This document shows positions 62,600 to 64,000 of a stretch of DNA of 64,000 nucleotides, in pieces (position 1 is the first letter of the stretch; each line of letters opens with the position of its first letter). Origin of the DNA: Octopus bimaculoides (taxonomy: Eukaryota); NCBI RefSeq assembly GCF_001194135.2, contig NC_068990.1:18206805-18270804 (forward strand). The letters are read 5' to 3'. The notes beneath the pieces are model-generated. The model was not told the DNA's origin. It searched no databases and worked only from the letters and a program-made list of their open reading frames with translations. Made by a program: the position numbers and the translations under genes.

Positions 62600-63865
62600 T
62601 ATAAGTCAATTAGGATTTTCAATATAATTTCTAAAACTAACACAGTCTTTATTCTAGAAGAAGGAAATTGCAATGATGTATAATGCAATATCTATTTGTA
62701 TTACACAACTCAATGACCATAGTTAATGCCCCACGGGAAGTAGAAGCCTGAAGGTTAAAACTTCGTAAAATGAAAGGTGCGATGCAGTTTCAAAGACATG
62801 TACTAAGATCTGTGTAAAAACAAGGAATTGATTCTAGTGAGGCAAATATTTGGAAAATAGTGTAAACAGTTAGCTAGTTGTTGATAGACATACAAGATTT
62901 TTTTTATAAAATGGTTTACGTGAAAGAAAGCAAAGTACTTTAGTGATGTAGTAATAAAAAATAACGTATTCTTGCAGTTGTGGCATGCTTTGAATCAAAT
63001 ATGCTAGAATTGTATAAAACAAAACCTGTATCTTCTAAGAACCTTAACTGATTACCTGGTTGATTGCGCTTAGGTTGTAACAGAACGACTTCAAACAGAA
63101 AAATAAAGACAAATATTCATCAATAAGCATAAATGAATCTAGTTGCAAAAGTGACCCAGCATATATATTCATGTTTGGTTGGGGTTAGTGGTGGAGATAT
63201 AAACTAAGCACTTTCATTGTTACGAAGAATTACTCGCTTTGGGTATACTTTTATGCAAGGCATGCGGAATCGATAACTTTGACAACTTGAAAGATAAATG
63301 TCGCGAAGCAGAACTAAATCTTGATAATTTGCTGAATGTGTGCAGCGTCAATGCATGTTCCATGAGAGGAATATGGTTAAGAATTTATTGGAATTCTAGA
63401 ACACTCAGATCCAGATATTTTATTCTCTTTTATTATATTTTCCATCAGTACAATCTCTGTACGAAATCTACTATTTGAAGTGACACGTAGTATAAAAACA
63501 TTAGCATTGTTAAATATATTGGAGCTCATGCAACAAAGTATCACCAACTTTGTAACGTTCTAAGTTGCATGGTGAAGAATACTGTGTAGGTTTTTCACAT
63601 CATTCTAAAGGGTTCTGGCTGTCAGTAGGACAAGCATTAGTCAAAGGTTTTATCATTGCATGAGAAGGAAAAAAAATCGATTTGTTGAAGGACAGATAAG
63701 CAATGGGAATTAGTAGGGTATTTCTGAAGAAATGCTTCATTTTACTGTGATATTACGTCAAGGCAAACTCATTTGAATACTTCTTTGCAAAGGTAAACTA
63801 AATCTATACATGATGTGTGCCAAAAAGTCCAGGTATATCGAAAAATTGGGCGTATTTTCGTTATT
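62600..63865 (+). mobile_element. Decayed hAT transposase (SPIN/Charlie, EPM2AIP1/GTF2IRD2-like)
   Basis: Mosaic frames: PTGSRSLKVK, ILAVVACFE, SISINESS (cf. SIALDES), YEELLALG...NLDNLLNVCSVNACSMRG (cf. VCTDGAPSMxG), IFHQYNLCTKS (cf. CIIHQxxLCAK), WLSVGQAL, CDITS..LNTSLQGK..IHDVCQKVQ. Many stops and frameshifts. Confidence 0.8.
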
Positions 63866-64000
63866 TTATTGAATTTCTTTCCCCAGAAATTTATATATAT
63901 GTATAGGGATATATATATATATATATGGGAGAATATACAAATGATAACAACAGACGAGGACAGGTGGTGTAAATAACAAAAGAATATATTAGTATATATA

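Overview
AT-rich, repeat-dominated eukaryotic DNA with nine N-gaps. The SINE complement, microsatellite density and LINE types point to an octopod cephalopod (Octopus-like); this is inference. No recognisable conserved host gene. Most listed ORFs are microsatellite or N-gap artefacts. Supported content: a decayed Penelope-like retroelement RT (3.4-5.1 kb), two mariner fragments, a Tc1-like fragment with DD36E spacing, three R4/Dong-type RLE LINE remnants (two abutting (AAT)n tracts), a decayed hAT transposase (62.6-63.9 kb) and about 35 copies of several SINE families, one of which stacks head-to-tail. The standout is a 514-bp fold-back palindrome at 12329-12842 (254-bp arms, 22 mismatches, no indels, 6-nt spacer). 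Each arm carries a minimal type I hammerhead ribozyme motif, one per strand, and an identical third copy lies across the adjacent gap. There is also a candidate two-exon gene for a signal-peptide-bearing protein (54964-55929) with a G12 run at a possible frameshift. TE boundaries are approximate and family names come from motif recognition, not database searches.
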